DNA from: Candidatus Gastranaerophilales bacterium | Lineage (GTDB): Bacteria; Cyanobacteriota; Vampirovibrionia; Gastranaerophilales; Gastranaerophilaceae | Direction of reading: 5' to 3' | NCBI GenBank assembly: GCA_944323655.1 | Contig: CALUTL010000006.1 | Span: 19,950 to 83,949, forward strand | DNA length: 64,000 nt | Shown here: positions 36,443 through 45,700 of the stretch, piece after piece | Layout of the letters: every line of letters begins with the position of its first letter | Position numbering within the stretch: position 1 is the stretch's first letter | Made by a program: the position numbers and the translations under genes | The notes under the pieces: generated by a model | The model's input: only the letters and a program-made list of their open reading frames with translations | What the model was told of the DNA's origin: nothing | Databases searched by the model: none

Positions 36443-36605
36443 ATATGTAGAACAAAAATTCCTATGAACATAATAAAGGGTTTGTTCGATAGGAATTCTT
36501 TACACTAATAGTTTAATATTAGCCTGACAACTATATTTTAAACTATTAAAGAAGAAAAATCAAGTGTAGAGTTTTGTGTAGTAACCCTTTAGAAAGGATA
36601 AAATC

Positions 36606-36815
36606 ATGTTACGTAGATATTACGTAAACAACTCTGCGCAGTCAAATGGCGACCATGAAGTTCATGAAGAACATTGCACGTTCTTGAAACTAGCTGTTGA
36701 TGTTAAATTTCTCGGTTGGTTTGAAAACGGCATTCAAGCTGTAGCATATGCAAAGAAGTTTTATTCACGTGCTGATGGCTGTTTTTACTGTTGCAAAGAA
36801 GCGCACAAGCGTTAA
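36606..36815 (+). CDS. small Cys/His-rich protein (putative zinc-binding), unknown function
   Basis: 69 aa with NGDHEVHEEHC...GCFYCCKEAH. SD AAAGGA upstream. First ORF of the R-M transcription unit. Confidence 0.6.
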   Translation: MLRRYYVNNSAQSNGDHEVHEEHCTFLKLAVDVKFLGWFENGIQAVAYAKKFYSRADGCFYCCKEAHKR

Positions 36816-36871
36816 TTGAACTGTGAGGTAAGGGGGGGATTTCCCCCGCTCGCCTCAATAAAGGAAATTAA

Positions 36872-37507
36872 ATGAAAAAATTTACATTAAATCAAATAGT
36901 AGAAATTCAAGCCGGACTTGTTTTATCGAGAACGGGTGCTAAGCAACTTGAATTAATAAAAAGAAATGTTGCAGAAAAAGTTTCAGACATTACAGTTCGA
37001 AAATATAAAGCAATTACTTTACGTTCAATAACAGATGTTGGAATTTTAGATTTGTCTCAATGTGATGATTTTGATAGCAAAGAAGAAATTTCTGATAGAT
37101 ATTTAACACATAATAATGATATTTTAGTAAGAATGTTTACACCTTTGAAATGCTGTTTAATTAATAGCGAGGAAGAAAATCTTGTTGTTCCATCGCAGTT
37201 TTGTATTTTAAAGTTAAAAGATTCTTTCAGAGATATTATTTTACCTGAGTATTTGTATTTGGTAATGCGAAATAAGGATTTTTCAAAGCAAGTACAAAAA
37301 TTAGAAGAAGGTTTTCAATTGCGATCGATAAAAACGTCTTCTATTGCTAAAATCAAAATAAATATTCCAGACATTGCAACGCAAGAAAAACTTATTAATG
37401 TTTCAAATTTAATAAGAAGAAAAGAAAAACTGATGTCAGAATTAATTATTCAAGAAAAACTATACAATGAAACTATTTTAGAAAAATTAATCAAAGGAGA
37501 AATATAA
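36872..37507 (+). CDS. hsdS: type I R-M specificity subunit, half-size (single target-recognition domain)
   Basis: 211 aa: one TRD-sized region followed by the conserved helical tail IPDIATQEKLINVSNLIRRKEKLMSELIIQEKL. Its stop shares a nucleotide with the hsdM ATG (TAATG). Confidence 0.7.
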   Translation: MKKFTLNQIVEIQAGLVLSRTGAKQLELIKRNVAEKVSDITVRKYKAITLRSITDVGILDLSQCDDFDSKEEISDRYLTHNNDILVRMFTPLKCCLINSEEENLVVPSQFCILKLKDSFRDIILPEYLYLVMRNKDFSKQVQKLEEGFQLRSIKTSSIAKIKINIPDIATQEKLINVSNLIRRKEKLMSELIIQEKLYNETILEKLIKGEI

Positions 37508-39072
37508 TGAAAACTACAAGAGCAGATATAGAAGCAGCGTTATGGAGGGGGGCTAATACTTTTAGGGGTATTATTGATGCCGCAAACTATAAAGATTATG
37601 TATTATCAATGCTATTTGTAAAATATTTGAGTGATACATTCAAAGAAAATGTAGAAAATTTAAAATCAAAATATCCTGATGAACAAAGATTTGAAAGAGC
37701 AAAATCAAGACTGCCATTTGCACTAAGTGAAGAGCAAACCTTTGATTACTTATATGAGAATAGGTTCAACTCTGAAATCGGTCAAAAAATAAATGCAGCT
37801 TTAAGAGCAATAGAAGACAATAATCCACAGTTACAAGGAGTTTTCAGAAGTGTAGATTTTAATAGTGAACCTAATTTAGGAAACCCAAAGCAAAAAGCTA
37901 CAACTTTAAGAAATTTATTGGAAGATTTTAAATCTCTTGATTTAAGGCCTTCAATGATTGAAGTTAAAGAAAATCAAGTAGCGTCTGACGTTCTTGGAGA
38001 TGCATTTGAATATATGATTGGTGAATTTGCAAGCCAAGCAGGCAAAAAGGCCGGCTCATTCTTTACTCCAATGATGGTCTCAGAACTTATGGCACAAATC
38101 GCAAAACCTAAACAAGGAGATAGTATTTATGACCCAACCTCAGGTTCTTGCTCATTACTTATAAGGGCTGCAAAATATGCAGGAGTTAAGCAAGTATCAA
38201 TTTATGGACAAGAGATGAATGGTTCTTCTTGGTCAATGGGCAAAATGAATATGTTTATTCACGATATTATGGATTCTAAAATAGCTTGGGGAGACACTTT
38301 AGCAAATCCTGCTCACCTTGATAGTGATGGAAATCTGATGAAGTTCAATGTGGTTGTTGCTAATATGCCATTTTCTCAAGATAAGTGGGCTGAAGGGTTT
38401 AACCCTGGAGGGGAGAGTGATGGTAAAGAAAAAAACAAAGATAAAAAGTTTAAAATGGAAGCAAAGTATGATCCTTACAATAGGTTTGATTGGGGTATAC
38501 CACCTTCAAGTAAAGGTGATTGGGCATTTTTGCTACACATGATAAACAGTTTACAACCTGATGGAAGAATGGTTGCAGTAGTTCCGCATGGTGTCTTATT
38601 TAGAGGAGCTTCAGAGGGTATTATAAGAAAAAGAGTTATAGAAGAAAATCTTTTGGATGCTGTAATTGGACTGCCGGAAAACTTATTTTTTGGAACTTCA
38701 ATCCCTGCTTGCTTATTGGTTATTAAGAAAAACAGATCCGACAAAGATGTATTATTTATTGACGCATCAGGTGAAGGCAGATATGTCAAAGATAAAACAC
38801 AAAACAAACTAACTCAAAAGAATATTGATGATATTTTAGATGTTTATAATAAACGAGAAACAGTAGATAAATTCTCTTATGTGGCAACTTTTGAAGAAAT
38901 TAAAGAAAATGAGTTTAATTTAAACATTCCTCGCTATGTTGACACATTTGAGGAAGAAGAAATTATAGATATTGCGCAAGTGCAAACAAATATCAAAAAT
39001 ATTAAATCTGAGCTTGAAGTAGTTGAAAAGGACTTGGCAGATGCCCTTAAAGAATTAGGGGTGGAGGTATAA
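37507..39072 (+). CDS. hsdM: type I R-M N6-adenine DNA methyltransferase subunit
   Basis: N-terminal HsdM_N-like LWRGANTFRG, the AdoMet motif IYDPTSGSCSLL, and the catalytic VVANMPF (NPPF variant). Confidence 0.93.
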   Translation: MKTTRADIEAALWRGANTFRGIIDAANYKDYVLSMLFVKYLSDTFKENVENLKSKYPDEQRFERAKSRLPFALSEEQTFDYLYENRFNSEIGQKINAALRAIEDNNPQLQGVFRSVDFNSEPNLGNPKQKATTLRNLLEDFKSLDLRPSMIEVKENQVASDVLGDAFEYMIGEFASQAGKKAGSFFTPMMVSELMAQIAKPKQGDSIYDPTSGSCSLLIRAAKYAGVKQVSIYGQEMNGSSWSMGKMNMFIHDIMDSKIAWGDTLANPAHLDSDGNLMKFNVVVANMPFSQDKWAEGFNPGGESDGKEKNKDKKFKMEAKYDPYNRFDWGIPPSSKGDWAFLLHMINSLQPDGRMVAVVPHGVLFRGASEGIIRKRVIEENLLDAVIGLPENLFFGTSIPACLLVIKKNRSDKDVLFIDASGEGRYVKDKTQNKLTQKNIDDILDVYNKRETVDKFSYVATFEEIKENEFNLNIPRYVDTFEEEEIIDIAQVQTNIKNIKSELEVVEKDLADALKELGVEV

Positions 39073-39074
39073 AT

Positions 39075-39500
39075 ATGATATCTATTGGAATTAGAATAAC
39101 AGCTAAAGAATTAAGATATGCCATTATAGACTTAAAAAAAAGAATAATGTTAAATAAAGAAGATCATTGTGTAAAATTTCCTAAAAATATTGATGATGCA
39201 GAAAAATTCCAGTGGCTATATAAAGAAATTGAAGAAATAGTAAAACAATATCCTATAAATAAAGTTGTAATTTGTGAAAATAATTATGGTCGAGATTCAA
39301 AAGCATTAAGACTGTCTAATCGACTTGATGCAATAGTTGTATTAGCTTTTGCAAACAATTGTATACCAACAACAATAAAATCTCTAAACTTAAAAGAAGA
39401 AGATATGTTGGTAACAGCAGAAAAACATGTTGGAAAGACAGATAAATATTGGAATAAAATGATTGCATCTTGTATTATTGTTGCCATAGGAGATAAATAA
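39075..39500 (+). CDS. hypothetical 141-aa protein nested in the R-M operon (possibly RNase H-like/DUF3010-like fold, a weak guess)
   Basis: GGAGG lies 8 nt upstream of ATG 39075, which is 2 nt after the hsdM stop. Its 3' end carries the SD for the kinase gene. MISIGIRITAKELRYAIIDL...INKVVICEN loosely recalls RuvC/DUF3010-type N-termini. Confidence 0.7.
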   Translation: MISIGIRITAKELRYAIIDLKKRIMLNKEDHCVKFPKNIDDAEKFQWLYKEIEEIVKQYPINKVVICENNYGRDSKALRLSNRLDAIVVLAFANNCIPTTIKSLNLKEEDMLVTAEKHVGKTDKYWNKMIASCIIVAIGDK

Positions 39501-40553
39501 TTGACATACAAAGTAACATATAAAATAAATGAAAAATATGAAATAAAAAAACTTTTGGGGCAAGGAAATTTTGGCCAAGTCTACCTTGTTCATAATAAGA
39601 TTTTAAATAAAGAAAGAGTAATAAAAATAGTACAGGTTATAGATGCAGATACTTTTCAGGAAGCTCAAATTGGAAATATTATTACACATAAAAATTTAGT
39701 AAAAATTCATAGTGCAGAATATAATCAAGATTTACAACATTTAATTATTGAAATGGATTATTGTGAGAAAGGTTCAATAGAAAGTAAATTAAATGCAAAC
39801 GGTTATTTGCCATTAAAAAAGGCTATTAAATATACAATTGAGTTATTAAGAGGATTAGAAGCATTACATGGAAATAGTATTTTTCATAATGATATTAAAC
39901 CTAAAAATATCCTTATAAGTAGTGATGATAGAGCGATGTTAACTGATTATGGAATTGCGATGATGTCATCTGATAAACAACCAATAAATCCACAAAAAGG
40001 ATTTTACAAATTACATTATGCTCCAGAGTCTTTCGAAACAGCTTGTATAAATATATCAACAGATATATATCAAGTTGGACTTACTTTATTCAGAATTATT
40101 AATGGCGTTGAGGTTTTGCCAACAAAATTTTATCAAATAGGTGAAGAATCATATTTTGAATTAGTAAAAAGTGGCAAATTAATTGCTAAAAACGATTATT
40201 TAGACTTTGTTCCAAGACAAATAAAAATGATTATTAACAAAGCGATATCTCCTGATATTAAGAAACGATATCAAACAGCAAGAGAGATGAGGCATTCTTT
40301 AGAACAATTAATTATATCTGGAGACTGGAATCTTGATTCGAATGGTATTTTGTATGGAGAGGATAATAGATTTAAATATACATTTGATATTGAAACCAAA
40401 CAAAATAAATATAATTTTAAAGCATATAAAATTAATAAAAAGTCTAATATAAAAACACAAATTCATAAATATGATAAAAAAAATATTGATATTAAATCTT
40501 TAAATGCGCATAAAAAGAATTTCATGCAAGATGTTGTTACAGGAAATATATAA
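39501..40553 (+). CDS. Hanks-type Ser/Thr protein kinase with unassigned ~80-aa Lys/Asn-rich C-terminal tail
   Basis: LGQGNFGQVYLV (Gly loop), RVIKIV (Lys), HNDIKPKNILI (catalytic loop, non-RD), LTDYGIA (DFG-like), YAPE (APE). The TTG start directly follows the orf141 stop, with AGGAG 8 nt upstream. No in-frame ATG lies upstream of the Gly loop. Confidence 0.88.
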   Translation: MTYKVTYKINEKYEIKKLLGQGNFGQVYLVHNKILNKERVIKIVQVIDADTFQEAQIGNIITHKNLVKIHSAEYNQDLQHLIIEMDYCEKGSIESKLNANGYLPLKKAIKYTIELLRGLEALHGNSIFHNDIKPKNILISSDDRAMLTDYGIAMMSSDKQPINPQKGFYKLHYAPESFETACINISTDIYQVGLTLFRIINGVEVLPTKFYQIGEESYFELVKSGKLIAKNDYLDFVPRQIKMIINKAISPDIKKRYQTAREMRHSLEQLIISGDWNLDSNGILYGEDNRFKYTFDIETKQNKYNFKAYKINKKSNIKTQIHKYDKKNIDIKSLNAHKKNFMQDVVTGNI

Positions 40554-41820
40554 AAGGGCTATAGAAACTGTGTTAAAAAACAAAAAAGAAGAAATTAAAA
40601 ATAGAATAGATTTAATTAATCGAGGGGAAGTTCCCGAGGGTTATAAATGTTGTTGGGGGTACATATACCCTGAATCTTGGAATATTAAAAGTTTAAAAGA
40701 TCTGTTCTACAAAGTTAAAACAAAAAATGCAGCAAATGAGAGTTTGCCTGTTTTAACCAACTCTGCAACACTTGGTGTAATTTTGCAAGATGAATATTTT
40801 GATAGAGAAATTGTAAATGATGAAAATACCAATAATTATTATATTGTTGAAAATGGAGATTTCATGTATAATCCACGGATTTCATCCAATGCACCGGCAG
40901 GACCAATTAACAGGAATACACTCGGACAAAAGGGTATAGCGTCACCTTTGTATACTATATTCAGAGCTAAAGATACTAAAAATATTGAATTTGTAGAAAA
41001 ATATTTTAAGTCAAATTATTGGCATAGATACATGAAAAGTGTTTCGAATCAAGGTGCACGACATGATCGACTAAACATAAATGATGAAGATTTTATGCGT
41101 ATGCCTATTCCTCAACCATCAAAACAAGAGCAGGAGAAGATTGCGAAGATTTTGAACTGCTGTGATAAGGTTATTGAACTTAAACAAAAATTGCTGGAAG
41201 AAAAAAATAAAGAATTTATTATTGCTATTAATAAATTAATTTATAAAAATAATCTGAAGTATCCAATAAAAAAAATTGAAGAAGTTTGTGAAATATTAGA
41301 TAATAAAAGAATTCCATTAAATGACGAAGAAAGATTAAATATAAAAGGATCAATACCTTATTATGGTGCAAATGGTGTTTTAGACTTTATCAATAAATAT
41401 ATATTTGATGAAGAGCTTGTTTTATTGGCTGAAGATGGTGGACATTTTGATGAATATTATAAGAGACCTATTGCACAATTTGTAAAAGGAAAATCTTGGA
41501 TAAATAATCATGCTCATATTTTGAAAGCAAAAAATAAAGAAAATTTATACTTGTATTTTTCACTAGTTCATAAAAATATTTTATCTATATTAAATGGAGC
41601 AGGTCGTGCAAAATTAAATCAAGCAGATTTAAAAAAAATAAAAATACCATATCCTGAAGACAAAAAACAGAATGAAATAGCTAGAATATTATCGATGAAA
41701 GAAAAGCACATTAAACTTTTAGAACAAGAACTTGATCAATATAAGCAGCTAAAAAAAGCCCTTTCACAACTGCTTTTGACAGGCATTGTAAGAATAGTGG
41801 AGGTAGATTGTGAAAACTGA
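40504..41820 (+). CDS. hsdS: type I R-M specificity subunit, full-size (two TRDs)
   Basis: Two TRD-sized regions separated by the central conserved helix PQPSKQEQEKIAKILNCCDKVIELKQKLLEEK. The C-terminal helix reads KKQNEIARILSMKEKHIKLLEQELDQYKQLKKAL. The start is uncertain (ATG 40504 or 40531); either overlaps the kinase gene's 3' end. Confidence 0.88.
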   Translation: MRIKRISCKMLLQEIYKRAIETVLKNKKEEIKNRIDLINRGEVPEGYKCCWGYIYPESWNIKSLKDLFYKVKTKNAANESLPVLTNSATLGVILQDEYFDREIVNDENTNNYYIVENGDFMYNPRISSNAPAGPINRNTLGQKGIASPLYTIFRAKDTKNIEFVEKYFKSNYWHRYMKSVSNQGARHDRLNINDEDFMRMPIPQPSKQEQEKIAKILNCCDKVIELKQKLLEEKNKEFIIAINKLIYKNNLKYPIKKIEEVCEILDNKRIPLNDEERLNIKGSIPYYGANGVLDFINKYIFDEELVLLAEDGGHFDEYYKRPIAQFVKGKSWINNHAHILKAKNKENLYLYFSLVHKNILSILNGAGRAKLNQADLKKIKIPYPEDKKQNEIARILSMKEKHIKLLEQELDQYKQLKKALSQLLLTGIVRIVEVDCEN

Positions 41821-42760
41821 TGTTTATTTTGCAAAAAAAGACGGGATGTTATTGATTGCTTATGAAAACCATAAGCAACAAAATGTTTTTTTGCAGGTTG
41901 ATTATGCAGATTTTGCCCCTCAAATACGAGCACAACTTATATGTGACAAAAATTATAATATTGAAAAAATTATCACTAATGCTTATGAATATCCGATTAT
42001 AAAAAAAGAAAATATGGAAATCGGAGTTAAATATAAACATATTTGGAAGCCTTTAATGCAAAATAATATAGAAAAAGAGCTAGATTTTTCTGTACAAGAA
42101 GCATATAGAGCCAAAAGAGATTTAGGAATACTTATTCAAAAACTGCAAGAAATTTTGTTATTTATTGAACCATCTAATGAAGGATTAAAAGCATATAGTC
42201 ATAAGGCAAGAGAACTATTGTTTTTAGCCTGTTCAGATCTTGAATGCAGTTTAAAAAAATATTGTTTTGGAAAAAATGACAGAATGAAAGATTATGTTAA
42301 ATTAATTGATTATATAGATTTAACAAAATATAAATTATCTCTTGTCGGGTATTCAAATCCATATAAATGTTGTCCTTTTGAAAATTGGAATAAAAAAGAG
42401 CCGTCAAAATCAATTCCCTGGTATTATGCATACAACCAAATTAAACATAATATTGATAAGAACTTTCATATGGCAACTCTTGAAAACTGTATTAATGCAA
42501 TAGCTGCAAATATTATTTTATTTGCTGTCAGGTATTCAGTACGGTATATATATGGAAAAGACGATGTTTGTTCTAATTTAATAAAAAGTTCTTTGGATTA
42601 TAGAATTGAAAATAGTATGGATTTTTATATCCCAATTTATGAAGGCGAAAGAAGTTATTCCGGAGCATTTACGATGCCATACAAATTTCATAACGGACAA
42701 GTTGTTGAAAATAGCTATGATATAGGAAATCTTCTTCCTTTTGTAGAAAAAGAATTGTAA
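41810..42760 (+). CDS. hypothetical 316-aa protein nested between hsdS and hsdR
   Basis: GTG 41810 is preceded by GGAGG (41799-41803) and lies 11 nt inside hsdS. The ORF ends 17 nt before hsdR. No Walker motif seen. The segment WYYAYNQIKHNIDKNF is noted, but no family was recognised. Confidence 0.72.
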   Translation: MKTDVYFAKKDGMLLIAYENHKQQNVFLQVDYADFAPQIRAQLICDKNYNIEKIITNAYEYPIIKKENMEIGVKYKHIWKPLMQNNIEKELDFSVQEAYRAKRDLGILIQKLQEILLFIEPSNEGLKAYSHKARELLFLACSDLECSLKKYCFGKNDRMKDYVKLIDYIDLTKYKLSLVGYSNPYKCCPFENWNKKEPSKSIPWYYAYNQIKHNIDKNFHMATLENCINAIAANIILFAVRYSVRYIYGKDDVCSNLIKSSLDYRIENSMDFYIPIYEGERSYSGAFTMPYKFHNGQVVENSYDIGNLLPFVEKEL

Positions 42761-42777
42761 AATATAAGGAAATAATT

Positions 42778-45700
42778 ATGACATTAAATCATTACCAATA
42801 TAACGAAAGACCTGAAAGCCAAGAACCTGCAATCGAATTGCTTGAAAAATTGGGCTGGAAATATTTATCACCCACCGACGCAGAAAAACAACGTGGGAAT
42901 TTATATAATGTAATTTTAAAAGACGATTTAATGAATTTTTTAAAAGAGCAAAGATATGATTACAAAGGTGAAAAATTCCAATTTTCTTCAAGCAATATTG
43001 CTCATGCTATTTCTGATATTGATATTCCTTTGCAGTCAGGTTTGATGAAGACTTCAAAAGAAATATATGATCTTTTGATTTATGGAAAAAGCTACGAAGA
43101 AGATTTGTATGATGGCGGAAAATCCTCTTTTGATTTAAAATTTATTGATTGGAAACATCCTGAAAAGAATATTTTAAGAGTTACAGAGGAGTTTTCTGTT
43201 CAAAAGTTGGACCGCTCCAAAAGGCGTCCTGATATTGTTTTAACAGTTAATGGAATTCCTCTAGTTGTAATCGAATGCAAGAAGTCTTCAGTTAGTATTG
43301 ATGAAGGTATAAGACAAAATATTAAAAATTGGAAAGCTGATGAAATTCCACATTTATTTAAATTTATTCAACTGGTAGTTGCAATGAATTCACATAGTTT
43401 TAAATATGGAACCTGTGGAACAAAATTTGAGTTTTTTGTACCTTGGAAGGAAAAAGATACTGATTGGATGAATAAACAGTTAGAAGAATTAATTCAAGGA
43501 AGGCTTCCAAAAGAACAAGATAAAAATATAATTGCAATGCTTTCACCTGAAAGATTGTTTGAAATAATACAATATTATACGTTATACGATAATAATGTAA
43601 AAAAAGTTGCCAGATATCAACAATTTTTTGGAATTCGAAAAGCTATTAACCGTATTACACTAAAAGATGGCAAAGGAACAAGAAATGGTGTGATTTGGCA
43701 TACTCAAGGCAGTGGAAAATCATTAACCATGGTTATGCTTGTAAAAAAAATTATTGCAGTTTCTCAAGAAGAAAATTCTGATATAAAAAATCCTAGGTTT
43801 GTTCTTGTAAATGACAGAATTAATTTAGACAAACAGTTAAGAGATAACTTCTCTAATACCCAGATGAATCCTGCAAGAGCAAAAACAGGCAAAGGTTTAA
43901 TTGAATTATTAAAAGATGAGGGTGAAACTCTTATTACTACTGTTATTCATAAATTTGAAAAAGCAGCAAAACAAAAGACTAAATTAAATGACAACAACAT
44001 ATTTATTTTAATAGATGAATGCCATAGAACACAGAGTGGCAATTTTCATAATTTCATGACGGATGTTTTACCAAATGCTGTAAAAATTGGATTTACCGGT
44101 ACTCCATTATTAAAAACAGAAAAACAAAGTACGTATGACAGGATTGGTCCGTTAATAGATAGTTATCCGATTAATAAGGCTGAAGAAGATAAGGTTATTG
44201 TTCCTCTTGTTTATGAAGGTCGTAAAATTCCGCAAAAAACTACAAGCGATGCAATTGATCAATATCTGGAACAAAGTCTAATTGGATTAACCGAGCAACA
44301 ACAGGAAGATTTAAAACGTAAATATAGTAGATTTACAAGTATTGCTCCAACAATGCCTAGGTTGACTTGTCTTGCATATGCAATAAAACAACATTATGAA
44401 AGATACATTAAACCAAATGGATTTAAAGCTATGATTGCAGAATCCTCAAGAGTAAGTGCTATTGAATTACATAAACTGCTAAAAAGCCTTGGTTTAAAAA
44501 CAGCTGTAGTAATTTCCCCAGAAGCAAGAGCTGAAGGTGAAGAATTAAACAATAGTGATAAAGATAAAATTGCGCAATTTTTTAAAACCGAAATTGAGCC
44601 TTTATATGGAATGAATTATGAAGCTTATGAAGATTGGGCAAAAAATAGCTTTACCGATGGTGAAGATATTGATATTTTAATAGTAAAAGATAAATTATTA
44701 ACTGGATTTGATGCTCCTATTGCACAAGTTTTGTATGTAGATAAATCAATGAAAACGCATAATTTATTACAAGCTATTGCTAGAGTAAATAGAGTTTTTC
44801 CTGGCAAAAAGAATGGGCGAATTGTTGATTTTTATGGTATTTTTGAGAATTTAACTTCTGCTATGGACTTGTATTCAGATAAAGAATCCGGAATGAATCA
44901 GTTTGATAAAGACGATATTAAAAAAACTATATATGGTCCGGAAGATGTAAAAAAAGAACTGTATAACAACTATGATCAAGTTATGCAATTTATTGCAGGA
45001 CATAACACTGATGACACAGAAGAAATACAATTATTATTTAAAGATGAAGATATAAGAAAAGATTTTTATGAAAAACTATTGAATTTTTCAAACTCACTTG
45101 ATACGGCAATAAGTAATTATAATGTATATGAAGGAATTGGTATTGATGAAATTAAAAGATTGCAAAAAGATTATGTCTATTTGCAAAAATTAAGAAGTGG
45201 CATAAAACTTCGATATGGTGAGACTGTTGATTTTTCTGTTTATGAATCTTCCATTAAAAATTTACTAAATCAATTCGTTTCAGCCGAAGCTGATGAAATT
45301 GTAATAAATCCGCTTTATCTATCAGATAAAGCAACTATGGAAAAAGAATTAGAAAAGCTACCCTCTTTAAGGGCTAAAGCAGAAGCTATGGTATATAATA
45401 TAGCAACAAGGCTCTCTGAGACAAGAGAAAAAGACCCGATTTTTTATAAAACATTTAGACAAAGATTAGACGAAACTATTGCAGAGTATAATAAAACAAG
45501 AAATGAAGAAGCTTATTTAGCACAAATGAAAGATCTTGAAAATGATTACGAAAAGGGATTTGTTGGGAATAAATATCCAACGGTTATTTCTGATGATGAT
45601 GACGCTAAAGGTTTTTATGGAAATATAAAATTAGAATTAGAAAAAAATATCAAAATCTCAGAAAATGATGATATAGATAATCAACTGGGTATTTTGGCAA

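Noticed and set aside
36450-36497. H-type RNA pseudoknot formed by the X-Y...X'-Y' segments
   Set aside because: The connecting loops would be 1 nt, 15 nt and 1 nt. A 1-nt third loop cannot span a 7-bp stem, so mutually exclusive hairpins or protein half-sites are more plausible.
36872-41820. Phase-variable hsdS shufflon driven by the adjacent tyrosine recombinase
   Set aside because: Both hsdS genes are on the same strand. I saw no long inverted or direct DNA repeats shared between them, and recombination between them would delete hsdM.
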